Below, one piece after another: positions 12,301-27,300 of a stretch of 64,000 nt of DNA (its first letter is position 1; every line of letters begins with the position of its first letter). The DNA comes from Thalia democratica (lineage: Eukaryota), in contig OZ241830.1 in NCBI GenBank assembly GCA_965202585.1, positions 39,308,001 to 39,372,000 on the forward strand, written 5' to 3'. Position numbers and translations under genes: made by a program. The notes below the pieces were generated by a model. The model made no database searches, was not told the DNA's origin, and saw only the letters and a program-made list of their open reading frames with translations.

Positions 12301-15300
12301 TATGAAGAAATGTTTTCAGGCGTTCTGATTATTTTATCTTTTAAATGATTAACATACTTAATTATTTCATCATTGCTTATGAAGAAGTTTTTCATTTCCA
12401 AACACTTTTTACTAACAAGTTAAAAATTTTTGTCATCACAATCTTTAATAAATACCTTTTGAAAGGACCTGTTGAAAAAAGAGGCTTTATCAAGTTCTGA
12501 TATTATTGGAAAATTATTTTCATTAATTAATACAGGTAAAGAAGGTGTTAACTTGAGCTTTAGTTTTATATGTTAGGTTTCATTAGCTGTATATCAAAAA
12601 TACTAGTGTATGTGATTAATATACAATTCTTTTCTCAACAGCCAGCTCAAATGAGATGTGTGAAGAAGTCGCTGAAATTTACCACAAACTGCTGGTGCAT
12701 GAAAACAGCAAAATAAGCTACTCAACCAAGTCGGCGTTGGTGAAGTTGGTCAGCAGGAAAGCTGCGAAAAGCGAAGACGATGACGGCAGTTTGTCGAGAT
12801 CGTCATCTCCAGTTTCCGTGGCTTCCACAAGCATACACGAACAAGTAAGTTGTTTAGAGATTTTGAAAAACTCAACTTAAGATGGATTTAGTAAAAGCAA
12901 AACTTGTGTTGTACCTTGTGTATTTCGAACAGCATTATGAAACAATAGTTGTTTATTATTTATCTGTTTGATAAATATGGATTTCTATTTTTTCAATATA
13001 CAACTAAACTAATTAACTATACTTGACGTCTACAGCAGTCAGCACATCTTGGTAGAGTTAAAACTTTTTAGCGATTTTTTTTGTTTAAAGTATATTATTA
13101 AAAACATTAACGTTTTAAAAATCTTAAAATTCAAATTAATTTATAAAAGTACCATTATTTAGCCAAATTAAATCATGATTAATTTTGGTAAACGAAAATA
13201 TAGAAAACGATTACATAAATATTAACACACAAAGTATGTTTTTCAGATATCCCACATATATAATTGACATTGAATATCATACTAATATTTCAAACTTTTG
13301 TCAGTAAAGTATAAGAAATTATGTATTTGCAAATACAAATAGCGGAGTGCAAACAACAAATTATACTTTAATAACAAGACACGTTAATGTCAATGAGAAC
13401 TAATCTTATCATCTCTAATTGTTTTAGTAATGTATTATGCTATTAAAGAAAAGGAACATTAAAAGACACACTTAAGTTTTTTTCTCAACAAACTCCAAAT
13501 GTTTTCAGCCTTTTGGAGGTTCGCACGTGTCGAGCACGCGCGACACGACAACAGCGACGCTTGGCGGTGACGAGATGAACTTCGACGCGATCGAAGACGA
13601 GGACGACGACGACCTGGAGGATGAAGACGACGACGATGATGATGACGAGGAAATGGAAGACGATTTCCCCGATATCGGTTTCAATTTAGTTTTTTGTTGT
13701 AAACTTTAAAATTTGAGTCGAATTTGTTGAAGTTTTCTATAAATCTGAGTATGCCCTTGTTTTTGTAGGTTTTTACTCAAAGTAAATTATATTAAAAAAC
13801 AATTTTTATCAACTAAACTATTGATTTGTTTCACAGATTGTTGTTCTTTTACCTTGACAGTATTTAAACAATTATGATTTTCACAGAAGAAGCTTCGCTC
13901 AATTCAGAAGAGAGAGAGTTCATCGCAGCAGCAGATCCAATATATTTCCAAGATGGGGTACGTTTAAATGATTGATGTATTTATACACCTATAATTGTAT
14001 GAGTTAAACAAATTAAATTAATTTAATTGTATGAGTTGAACAAATGTTTCAGATACAGGACGAGATCATGCACGATTTCGTGGCGGATTTGGTCGAAGAG
14101 GGCAACAACAACGAAGCTAATCAACCACTTATACAGCAACCAGCTGATAATTACGTTGTGGAGGAAGGTTTGCTTTTTTTTTTAATTAATAACTCACTCT
14201 TAATAAACATATATCTACTTATATTTTTTTGACTATATAAAACCAATATGTTTATACGACCGTTTCGTATATGAGATATCTAAGCCTCATATACTTATCA
14301 GTAAGCTAAAGTTTATTAACAATATTTAACAGAAGTTTATAATTTAAAAATTTTTAAGTATTATGACGTAAAAATAGTAGTAGTAATTCCTTTATTTTCA
14401 TAGCTCAATTGAAGTGTGTGGACTCGTTTAACACACAGAAACATATGTCAGTGTAATAAAGGAAGATTACTGTATAATTTGTTTTTATATATATTCCAGT
14501 GAACTTGTTTCACTAGGATCTTTTGTTAACAAACGCTTAAATTTATATTTAGAATAATTAAATATTAACTCTTTTTTTTTGCAGAACTCATTGACGAAGA
14601 AGAAATGGTAGTTGAAGATTTCACCGATGAAATTGAATATGCAATAAGAATGAGTTTGAGAGAAGAAAACAACCAAGAACAAAACCAGGTATAGTTTCTA
14701 TTGTTAAGAAACTAAGTTTTAATTCTTGACGTATTTGTAAGTTAGTGTTTGATCTTTTAGATCTCAACGAACTGAAAAACTTTTATGGTGTTATTGAGTT
14801 GTTAACCATTTTGAAGTTATGTAATTTAAATAAAAAGTAATTAACATAAGGTTGAGGTGCCAGCTGTGGAAAATTCTGTAGACCAGCAAGAAATTTCGGT
14901 TGAAAATAATAAAACAAACGAAACAACACAAGAAGAAACAACCGAATCAACAACTGCCTCTAGCAAGATCGACGATGATTTGTTGAACAAAATCAGATTC
15001 TCCCTGCTTAGTTGCCTGTTCAAAAAATTGGATGCTGTTGAAAACGTCGGCGGCAAACAAGCTATTCCCTACTTCCAGGTAAGACTGGTTTTTTTTATAT
15101 ATAAGTCAACTAACGTTTACATATTTTCTAAATGTTTTATAACAGGTCATGCTGACTTTAATGGAGTCTTTAGAATTGTCAGATGCAAAGAGCACTGAGC
15201 TGCTTCAGCAAGTAATTGTGGGAATTGTCGAAAAACTCAGAAAAGAAACTGTTGATAGTAATATCACAAATAACAACTCCAAAAGCCAAGTTGGTTTAAT

Positions 15301-18300
15301 ATAAAATATTTTTTTTTTAATTTTCTATTTCTTTTAAACTAATATTAAAAAAAGGTATCCTTACTGATGTGGATTATGATTAATATTTTGGTAACAAACA
15401 AAAAGTCGAAGAAATTGTCTATGGAGACGGTGAATGTCTTAAAATCTCAAGATACTTTGTCGTTATGCTATGATAATCTCAAGTATGTTTCAAGTAGATA
15501 GTTTCAGTATAAATTAACAAAAAAAAAATTAAACAAGAGTTAAGTTCGTTAAGAATAACTTATGTTTTTAAAAACTAAAGTAAAATAAAGCATTTATCTT
15601 TTTCAAACTTAACTGAATAAAAACTAATTTGCAAATTTTATTAAACTTCCATTAAAAGCGTATCGCTTTTGAGCTCTAAGTGAAAAAAAAAACTAACTAA
15701 CACTTTATCTCAGAATCCTGTACGAAAACCACTGGGAGAAAGACGTCAGCGCGAACTCGGCCGACTGTGACGTCATAATGAACATCAACGAAGGGTTTCT
15801 TCGTTCTAGTTCGGAGTTGAGCGAGTCGAACGACATGAAGCCGTTCTTCTACCCGCACCACACCAGGTCGGTGGGAGGGAGGGTGTTCGCTCCTTACGTG
15901 GAGCTCATCACCGAAATGCTCCTTCACAACAGCTACCAGTTGAAACGAGCCTACTGCACCAACTCTGGTTTGTTTTTTTATTTAAAATAATTTGTACTTG
16001 GTGTGTATTTAAACAGTTATTAGTTCCTTGACTAAATTTATAATTAAAATTGATACTTAGTTAGTAATAAAAGATTAAAATTTTTTCTATAAAAAATAAA
16101 GAATAGATAAAATTGGATTGAATCTATTTGCAGATATTTCAAATGTTTACGGAGCAAACTGGAAAGAACTACTTTGTAATTTTATGCTTTTTACTGAAAT
16201 TCCATCTGTTATAAAAAAACCAGTTAGAAAGCTAATTCAATACATCACTGGAAACACTAAAGTAAGTCTGAAAAAGAACTATTTTTGTAAATTCTAAATA
16301 ATTAGCTTTACAGTTTACACCTTAACATACTTTTTGTACTTTGGATGTTCATTGATTAAACATTCATAATAAACATAAAATTAATGCCATAATTTTCTTG
16401 GATAGTTAGTTCACTTGAGGCTGTTAGAATTAAATATATAACACTTTGTTGACTATATGTTTATTAAATATTTTTTCAACAATTTATGTATTCAGGAAAG
16501 TTACCAAGAAACTCGGGACTTGCACCAGATGAGCAAGCGCGTGGAAAAGCTGCAGCGAATAACCGCGTGGTCACCGGACGAGCAGCAAACTCACTCACGC
16601 GTTACCGACATGACGTACGACGACGTCACGACGCTGATAGAGTGCGTCACCAAGCTGCTGGCGGTTGCCAGGGAGCGGCCGCACAACTGGCAGAGGTACT
16701 GCGAGGCGAACCTCGACACCCTCGCCTTCCTCCTCTTCGTCAGCCTTAACCTGGATGAGGTGGTCGCCCACGTTTCCATGGAGCTGCTGCTGGTCGCCAC
16801 GGAGTGTTGCGGGGAGGAGGAGGGGAAGGGGAAGAAGAAGAAGAAGGCGGTGGAAAGGGAGAAGAAGCTGTGCGGTTTCCTGCTGGACGGCATGAGCGAC
16901 GAGGGATTGGAAGATTTCGTTCGTCACTTCCTGCTGCACATGAACTCCTCGAAGTTGAGGTGGAAAGCCCATCAGTTGGCACTCAACATGTTCAGGTGCG
17001 TTAAATAAAGCAAAATATTATTTAGAAACCATAAGCACTTCTTGACTATCTATGTTACTAAATTTTCACAATTGAAACTGAAAGACTGCATGGATCAAGT
17101 GTTTTGTTTTTAGCTTAATTTAGTTGTAAGAGCTCTTGTGGTCGCTATTAAAGTTTTTTTATCTGGAGTTTTTTCATAAAGCAGTCTTTTAACTCTTTAA
17201 GACAGTTATAAAAAGTTTAAGTGAAATGTTAAAGTATAAAATACTAGAATGTTATCATCATTATACCTTTTTACTGTACATAAACTATACATACTTGTTG
17301 ATTTAGAAGAACTGCAAACAAGTCCCGGATGTTGTCTGTAATGTGGAAGTTGTGGCCGGATGTGGTCAGTTTCGGTAAGAAATGCGCTCAATTTGTTGAC
17401 TTGATCGGACATTTCACTCTCAAGTCCAAGTTGTCTGAGGTTCGCTTCAGTTTTATCAATAAGACCCAAAACTATTTTTTATCAATATTAAACTACAGAC
17501 TGATGAGTTGTTTGTTGTTTGAAACCATTTAATTTTTGTATTTTATTGAAAGTGTTGTGTTACAGGAAGAAGCAAGCAAGTATGCCGACAGTGCACTGAA
17601 GATATTTCAAAAAACCAACAAGCAACTGACCATGCATCCAAATGCTATTCTCTACAATCAAATTTCTTGTAAGTTTTTTTCTGTAAAAATTAAATACTTA
17701 AAAAAAAGAGTCCTTTTTTTAAAGCAAATGACAAATTTGTATGTTTTTTAAAATGTTTTCATTACGCATAATTTTTTTACAGTAAAAATCGTCAATCGTA
17801 CTTTTAGGTTAAATTATAAAAACAATTGTTTAAGAATTCCTTATTTTCAGCTTACGTCAAACTGGATGGTTATTACTTGGAACATAATCCGTGTATGGTT
17901 TGTAATCACAAGGAAAATCCTTACACAATTAGCAAGTTCACCAATATGAGAAGCGAAATCAAGTATTCCACAACTCAAATGTTTGCTAAGCTGAAAGCAA
18001 CACAATCCATCAACAAGTGCACCATTAAGCTTAATGATGTTAAGAAAAACAAAATGGTCAGTACCTTAACAAATATTTTAATCTGAATTTTTTTAACATT
18101 TAAAAAATAATTACTGTAATGTACCATACATGCTTTTTTGTTTTAAACATTCAATAAATATCTTGACATTTGTTTTTAATTTCCTTAAAAAATTACCTGA
18201 ACAGTTTGCAGTTTTTAAGATTTATTTTCGAACAGATTAAAACTGCTGTTCTGTACTACAACAACAAAAAAGCAACGGCCATTGTTGATTTGAAAAACAA

Positions 18301-21300
18301 ACCAGCGCTTTGGAACAAGGCTAAAGTATTGAATATACCAAAGGTTTCTGATTGTTGTTTGAAATTTTATAAATCACATGAAATAAACTAAATACTATCC
18401 ATCGTTTTCGATCTTATTGGTTAAAACACCTTTAAATCAACGGGTTAACAGAAAAACAGTTCCAAGTGCAAGGCTACACATTTTTGTCAAAATTTTTAAA
18501 ATTTTACCTCAACAATAAAATAAAAATAAAATTAAAGAAGCAAAGTAACATTTATGAATTATACCAATTCGTGTTTAGGGCGAAGACAACATAACATTTG
18601 ACTTACCGTTGCCAGTCGTCGCATCCAACATCATGATAGAGTTCAGCAGATTTTACCAGAGCATTGCAAACACCAATGAAACACTGCAATGTCCCAGATG
18701 TAGTGCTTCTGTCAATGTTTGTATTTTTATTTTTTTGCCGGGACAATTTACTCATGGTATGGGTATAAACAAATTAAAAAAAAAATGTTCTTTTGTTGAT
18801 CACTCCTTCTTATAACATTTATTGTAATGTGCAGAATTTATATTTAATGACGTTTTGTATTCTTAAACTATTGACTTTCAAACTTCAACTTTTCTTCTTT
18901 TCCATCGAAGTGGTACAAACAGGCGAACCCGGGAATATGCGGGAACTGCGGCGAGAACGTGTTCCAGTGCCACAAGTGCCGGAGCATCAACTACGACGAG
19001 AAGGATCCCTTCCTGTGCAACATGTGCGGCTACTCCAAATACGCCAAGTTCGACATCTCCTTCACCTCCAGGCAGTGTTGCGCTGTTGATGCAGTTGGTT
19101 GGTACCAGTTGAAAAAATATTGTTTCATTTAATTATTCTGATGCTTGCATTATTTTCGTGCATAAAATTTTTGTGTTGTAAAACTAATTAACCCATATGT
19201 CTACACATGGAAATATAAATATATATACAAACAATTACCGAGATAATAGAGTTAAAAAAAAAACAGACGATGAAGAGGGTAGGAAGAAAATCAGTGAAAA
19301 CATCAGTTCGTTGATAACGAAAGCAGATGAAACTTACAAACAGCTGTCTCAAGTCAAACCAGACCTTCAAAGTTTGATCACCAACGTACGCTAGTTGCAA
19401 TTAGTGTATTTACATTTACGTAGACCACTGAAATTTTCTCTTCAAAACTTTTTTTAATTTTTTTAAAGTAAAAGTATGCTTTTACTACAGTGCAATTTTA
19501 TTTGTTACAATACGACAAATAAGTTTTCCACTGGTGTTTGTTGTAATTCTAAAAAGTAACTTAAAGCCCAAACATATGTTAAATAGCATGCAGCTTACAT
19601 TATGCTTTTACTTCTACAAGATATCTTCAAACAAGGCAAGCAAGCAACCCGTTGGAATTTACAATACAAACCAAAAAGCAGCCATCAATAGAAGAACTTT
19701 TGCTCAGGCTGCCCACAACAAGAACCAGCCTACAGTTGACAGTAAAGCTGTTGTTAATGGCAATATTCAACAACTTGCCACCAAGTATTGCCAGGTGAAA
19801 TTTTTTTGTAGACTGTTTTTTGATACTACTTAAAATTAATGAGTTAATTCTTTCATTTCAATTACAAGTGAAAAGTTGTATCTTAGTGAAATAGTTATAT
19901 TAAACTAACTTTGTGCTTGTGTAAACTTTTAAAAACAAGACCTTTAACGAAACAAAAGCTTATACTTCATTATAGAACTTTCATAAAAAAGTATAATGTT
20001 ATAATTAACTAAATATAATTTTTGTAACTTACTTTTTTTTTTATCCTTAGGAGTGTAAAAATTTGTTCAATGAACTGGCAAACACAGTTCAGACTGTTCT
20101 TGTGTCTAGAAGTACCTTGATGGAATACGACAGAAAACACAAATTCAAGTTGAGCGGACAACAACAAAGCTCACAAGTAATTTATACAGTATTTAAACAA
20201 TTTTTTTAGGATCTTAGTAAAATTTAATTTTTAGTATAAGATAATTAAACACAAGCAATCAAACTAATTGATTTTTTTTTCTAAAAGAATTTTTTTCTTT
20301 TCTTTTAAAAATTTTGAAAACCAAAAATTAATAGTTTTATTACAGTTCTCGTTAAAATAGTTTGAAATTTTTTTAAGTTTTAATAGTAATCAAAATCAAA
20401 CTAAATAATTACACTGTCATCATTTCTATTAACAGGCGCAGAAATCATCAATGACTTGTTCTCAGTCGTCCACTGATTGCTTCGGTTGCATTGCGGCTGT
20501 TTATCGCCAGTCGGTAACTTTGTTGAGAGTGCTTTCAGTTGACAACTTTGCCAGGTGCCACATGATCAACAAGGGTATCATCGCTCTGCTGCTCACTAAA
20601 AACCCCAACAACAGCGATAGCACTGTTAAAAAGGTTGCTTGTAATATAAGAGACGTGTTAATGAAAAATTGAATAATAAAATTTTGTATAGTTGTTTAAA
20701 ATCGATAAAATGTGAACTGCATTATTGGGAAAATGAATATCTGTAAAGATTTTTTTAAACCAATAGAAAATATCGACAAAGATCTCTTTTTTTATATATT
20801 TTTTAGTTGTAAAAGTTATAATAATGCTCAAGTTTCAAATTAATTAATTAAAAGGTGCACGAGCTGGTGGGCGAGCTGTGCCGGGGAAGCGTGGTGGCGA
20901 CCAACCAGCTGAATAAGGCGGTGCAAACGAGGATCAACGACTCGATCGCCCATCACCAGGTGGCGGGCACCAACCTGCCGCCGGACGAAGTTTCAAACGA
21001 AGTTCGGCTACTCGAGTACGTCGTGGAAAACGTGAAAGACGAATTGTGGCAAACGAGGCTTCGCGCAGGTAAGCTTTCTACATTTTAACTGGTTGTTATT
21101 CATAAATACTTTTTTAAATGGTTTAGCTTGAACACAATGTTATTTAACAAAACGGTCTTGTTTTTGACAATCTAATTTTTTACAGTCACTCATCTTTTCC
21201 AATCCACGCTTCAAATGGAAAAAGCGTCTGTAATTGACAACGTCACCTTACCTTGTTTGAACATTCTCAAAAAAATGGTAAACAAGTTGAAGTTAAATCA

Positions 21301-24300
21301 AAGTTTATAAATCTTAAATACTGTGAAGACTTGGTTAGCAAATGTAAAAAATTAAAGAGTCTTATAATTTAGTTATATTTTTTATAATCGATCAGACAAC
21401 AGTGTCGGAATCAAATCAGCAGCAGCATGTTGGTAAGAACTGTCCAGTTGACTGCAACAAATGGATGCAAGGTGACAAAAATCACGATTACAACAAGTGG
21501 AAGAAGTCTCTCGATATTCAGAAAGGTACGGACAAACCTCGCTCAAGTTTATCCGTATAATAATGCATAGTTTTAGATAAACGTACGTTCCAATGACTAT
21601 TTTATTAAAAGTTAATTGTTTGGGAGTGTTTGTAGAGTTGAAGATTCAATTATAAATTAAGTTAGTCCAGTGTGTTGAAGTTTAAAAGTTAATACGTAGC
21701 TTAATGTTTGTTTGTCATCCAAAAAGATTATATGAACTGAAAGTTTTTATTTTTATTTTGTTACAATACGTTCAGCAACAAAATTTTATTCAAGTTTTTT
21801 GTAACTTGCAGTATTTTTTAAGTTATTTAACTAACTATTTAACAGCTAATGTTTCTGCCACTAAAAACGCTGAAGAGATGGATGATGAAAAAACAAGAAC
21901 TTATTATTTGCAGCAGAAATACATTACCAAGTGGAAGAACTTTGTAAAACAAGACAAGGTTGACGCTTAATTTATTAAAAATGCAATCATAATATGTTTA
22001 ATTTTAAGAAGTAGCAAAAAAAATTCAATACATTTTAAGGAGGTAATATATCTGAGCTTGACTTTGCAGGTAAAGAATGTGAAGGAAAACAGAGAAGTTT
22101 CGATGTTGAAATCTCTTCTGTTCAGTTCATCTAGTCAGTCGATGAGACAAGTAGCTTGCTCGCTCATAACTACTCTATCAGCACCATCGTCCAAACAACA
22201 TCAATGGCTTGATACCTTATCAAGGTTTGTTTTTGTAAAGTTAAATAAACCAATAAGTATTTTAAAGTGTTCATAGAGCTTTTGAGCAAACTTTTAAGCA
22301 ATTATAAACATATAACCTAATGATGTTTAAAATCATATGTAATGTAAATCTCTAACAGCATATTAATTTTCAGTTACTTGTGCGAAATGAGCAAATCTGA
22401 AAGTACAGCTTATGAATTTATATCGCTCTTCAGTAGTCTTATCCAATCCAAAGAGTCTAAGGTTATATTATGATTTTTCATGTTTTGTTAGTCTTCTTTT
22501 TTAGAAGTTATTGAGTATCTTATAAATTTTAAACGTTTATTAAACTTTTTTTTTAATTAAAATTAAATATATTTGAAATATTTAGGTGTACCTAGTCGCT
22601 CATGGGCTGCTTGCGCCAATTGCCGGTTTTATTCAGGAAGAAATTAAAAAGTTGTCGAAACTGGAAGAAACCACTATAAATTTGAACCTGCACCAGGGAT
22701 TTGCCCTTCAAGAATATACCAGTTCGTTTATTCTGTTTTATTTTTGTTATAACTAGCACCTAATTTTAATAAATTTATAAGATTGCATGTAATTGTAACT
22801 TAAAATAAACAAACTTGAACTGCAACATCTAGGCTAGTTTACATGGCTTTAAAACATGATCAATTTTCAGCGCTGTTATCTGACTTGGTGGAAATAGTGC
22901 CTGGCAAGCTGGCGAGCGGCGAGAAGAAGCTGCTGGTGAGATGCGTGCTGGACAGCTACTTGAACTTGCGCAAGCTCGTCCTTCAGCGAACCAACATGGT
23001 CGACGATTCGCAGCAGATCATGCTCGAGCTGCTTGAAGACCTCACTACTGGTATGTTCAATAAGATAACAGTATTAAGCGTATTGAAGTTTAGAATAAAC
23101 ATAAAATTATATAAAAAAATCAATTTATCTATTTTTTGCTATTTTGTTTTTTGTATGTTTCTTCAAACTATTTTGTTTGCAGATAGCGAATCAGAGACTC
23201 GTTCGTTTATGGCGTTGTGTATCGAAGCAATCAAGAAACAAGATTTGCAAGATCGTCAGACGCCCCAGTTTATATTTGAACGCCTTGCCAACATCATATA
23301 CCCTGTTGGTTTTGAACATTGTGTTTTATAATCATTTGATGGCTCATGATATTCAACTTAATTCATTTCTGTTATTTTTAGAGCATTTTTACTTAACAGG
23401 TAGTTTATGTCAGAAAAAAACTAATATTATGAGATGAAGTTGACAATTATATTTAACGTAATTTTTATTAATGCATAAAACAAATAATGACAGGAAGAGG
23501 AAGACACAAACGATTTCTTTCTGCACCTTGACAAGGACCCGCTTCAGGAAGAGTTCTTGCAAGGAAGGATGGTCAACAACCCTTACTCCAGTTCCGCACC
23601 GGGACTCGGACCGCTCATGAGAGACGTAAAAAACAAAATTTGCACTGGTTCGTTAAACCTTGTTTATCTTTTGAGATCATTATAAAAATACAATATATTT
23701 GAAATTTTTTTTTTTTTTTTCAGTGAACGATTGTCTGATTTATGAAATAATAAGTTATGATAAATATGATTTTAATTAAATTATGGTATGATAATTAACA
23801 AAAAATACTTAATACAGATTGTGAGTTAGTAGCATTCTTGGAAGACGACACTGGTATGGAGTTGCTTGTTTGCAATAAAATAGTCTCCTTGGATCTTCCA
23901 GTCAGAGATGTTTGGAAGAAAGTATGGCTTGCTCAAAATCCTGATGTTTGTTATTTATAAGCAGTATTTAAAAAATTTACAAGTAGAACTAAGTATATTA
24001 AGAGTAAAAACACTTACTAGAATTTTTATAATGAATTATCATATATACATATATATGTGTTAAGTATTTAACAGGGAGAATTCACGAAATATAATTTAAA
24101 CTAAGGCAATGTGATTGGTATTGATTTAATTATTAGTTGAAATAGATCAACCAAATATAACATGCAGTTTAACAAAACTTTAAATTAATTGATTGTGTAA
24201 CGATTAGGACGGAGGCGCGATGCACGTGACGTACAGGATGCGCGGTTTGATGGGCGAAGCGACCGAAGACATGGTGAACGAACTGACCAATGAGAGCGAA

Positions 24301-27300
24301 GAAGGCGAGGACGACGAGCAGAAGTACAAGCTGGCTTCTGTGCTGAGTCAATGCGACGGTATTGAGGTTTGATATGTTTGTTAAAAATATTGATTAATAA
24401 AACACCATGATCAAAAACAAGTTGAAATTTTACTCGATGATAAGTTGGGTTTTGTATGAAAAAACGTATGAAGATAAAATTTATTGTAGCTATCTACAAC
24501 CGTTGTGTCAAACAAATTGATAGTTGGCTGCAAATTTTGTTGTTCTGCTTCTTATTCATGTAATACATTCTATCTCGTCATTTTGTACTTCGACCTTAAT
24601 AAGTGTAGCAAAAAATTTAACACTTACAAACTTGCAAAAACTAATTTTATTGTAATAATAGGTTGTTTTTCACATTTATATCAAAAACTTGATTACTTGT
24701 GACACTAAAACAATTTGTAAACTTTTGAAAAAATAAATCTAAATTGATAAATCACTAGATTGTAGTACATAAACATAAAGTGTTTTTAAAGTTTTTATGA
24801 ACTACCTTGTGAGCAAATACTACTGTTTTATGACTAAGTTTGTTTTTTGTTTTGTGTGTTTTTTCTTAAACTATTTAACATGAGTAATTTTGTTTTTAAT
24901 ATAAATTCATACATACAAGTTTTACAACTAATAGCTTAAATACATTTTAAGTATACTCAAACAATTATAAAGCAATAATTAAAACATTACTTTTATCTTT
25001 TTACTTCTTTTCCATCATTTTTATTCACATATTTGTCAAAATCAATGAAAAATTATTATTATAGTTAGTATACTTAGTAATGCTGAGTTGTGCTAAAAGT
25101 TTATTCTATAGTTTCAGTGTTACATGTATGCTTTTTTCAATTATAAACATGTAATTAAATTGATTATTGAGCTTAAATTCGTCAATTTATAATTCAGAGT
25201 TCTGTCCTAACTGTTCTTTTTTGGTATAACAATTTTATTTTCCAACTCATATGAAAAATTTGTAATACATGTAATTATCAATAGTTTACAAAAGCCATTG
25301 CAACCGATAATACGTGTTAAAAAACAAATAAAGTTTTATTCAAAACGAACAGGTGACGCTGAAACGGCTGGAATCGGTGAAGAACGTGGTTCACGACAAA
25401 CCGCTGATGAAAGTGATACTGAAGCTTCTTTCTTACGTGGTGAAAGTCAAGTGCAACCGCCAGTACTTGTGCGCTCGACCCAAACTCAACACATTGAACG
25501 TGCTGCTCGGCAGCTTGCTGCTTGTTAGTTGTTTGCTTTTTTATTAAAACTTTTTTTTTATAGACTTTTAATTTTTACTATTTGGTGTAGTTGGTTTTCA
25601 ATGTTATGAGATTAAGATTTAAACAAAAACACAGAAGTCTTTGCTGGTAACAAAAAGTTTTTTTTTTGATAAGCATATTGCAGAATACAGGATTGCCAAA
25701 AATTTCGGAATCTTTGAAATGCAAAGATGTTTACAATTTCGTATGTAAAAAAGCTTGGAAAAGCGTAGATCTTCGAACAAAAGTCTCTAAAACCTGAAGA
25801 GACTTGGAATTTTAAAAAGATTTTAAATGTAAAATGATAAATTTTTGACTAGGCATAACAAATCTTTTATATACAATAAACTGTTTTGGTATCGTTTAGA
25901 ATTTTATTTACTTTTCCATATTTTCTGTATCTTTTCCATATTTGATAATTATTTTATGAAAGTTTTTTACGTTGAAATTAGTTTTTTACTGAAAATGTAC
26001 AAAAACACTTGAACTTTAAAAAACCTGGAAATATTTTTCTAAAAACCATCGGCAACCCTGAGCATATAAATTAAATAACAATTTAATTAGTAGTTTTTAT
26101 TTTAAACAAGCAGTTGTCGGGACTTTTGTAATTTTTTGGTGACAATGTTTTTCTTTAATCCGAAGGGATTGGAAGCCGAAGAGGATGGAGTGGAGGTTGT
26201 AGAGGAAATAGTTGAAATAATGTGGCAGATATTGCACGAAGCCGCCGAAATTTCAGATGAAAACGAATCGAAATCCGTTCTCACCGGCGACAAAGACAGG
26301 CTCACAACTCTGCTGCCCAAGGTTTGCCACAATGATAGTTTTTTCGAGATATAAGTTACGTTGGTAAATTACTTTTTTTTTAAATAACGTGATATGTTTT
26401 TATGTAGTTTATTAACGTAAATCTAGTAATTACCATAATAAAAATCAAATAGTTTGTAGGTAGTTTAAGAACATTGCATCACAAAATTCCAGTTTACTTA
26501 ACACAATTTGTATATTTAGAATACGTTTTATAGATTGAAAGTGAGTTTGTGCAAAAACATTCATCTGTGTTGAAAGGAATATTGAAAATAATTCCGTTCC
26601 TGTCATTTGGCGACGTTGAAATCATGCAGATGCTAATCAACCATTTCATAACCTCATTGGACTTTGAAAGGTTGAACTTGTTAAACAGTTTGATATATGT
26701 TCATGATACTTTGTTTAAAATGAGACATGTTACGACCATTTTAGTTAAATTTTGTTGTATTACTATAGGATAAGTTTCGTAGATAAAACTTTTTATGATG
26801 ATTTAGATAAACTAATGTATGAAATGTACTCAGGTACGATGCGATGGAGAGTGACAGTTGCAAGCAGACGACTTTGTATTTGAACTGCTTCTGCGACATT
26901 GTGGCGGGAATTCAGGTGAACTCGGCCAACGGGGATCAACTGAAAGACGTCATAATACAAAACAATATCGTCGCCGACGCGCTGCAGTACGTACAACGGC
27001 ACACTCCCGATCACAAGAAGTAATAATTGTTTTTGTGTGGATCTATTGATTTTATTAGCTGATCAATATTAGTATTTTAGATACAGTTGTGTGAATAAAT
27101 CTTAAAAACACGATATTTTTACACTACTAAAAGTTTTTTTAATGATTTGTTCCATACTCATCATAACATTGACTTTCAGTTACGACTCAGATGATTGGAA
27201 GGAGTTCACTCAACGTAGGGGAATCCCAATTTGTTTGAAAATGCTGACGGGTTTGTGCCACGAACACGAAAAAACCCAGCTGCTTTTCCGCGACCACGTT

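Noticed and set aside
16486-17004. Stack of overlapping ORFs on both strands (also at 4226-4489, 6738-7162, 7275-7517, 29046-29353)
   Set aside because: Shadow ORFs caused by very high GC3 in UBR4 exons. Only one frame matches UBR4.
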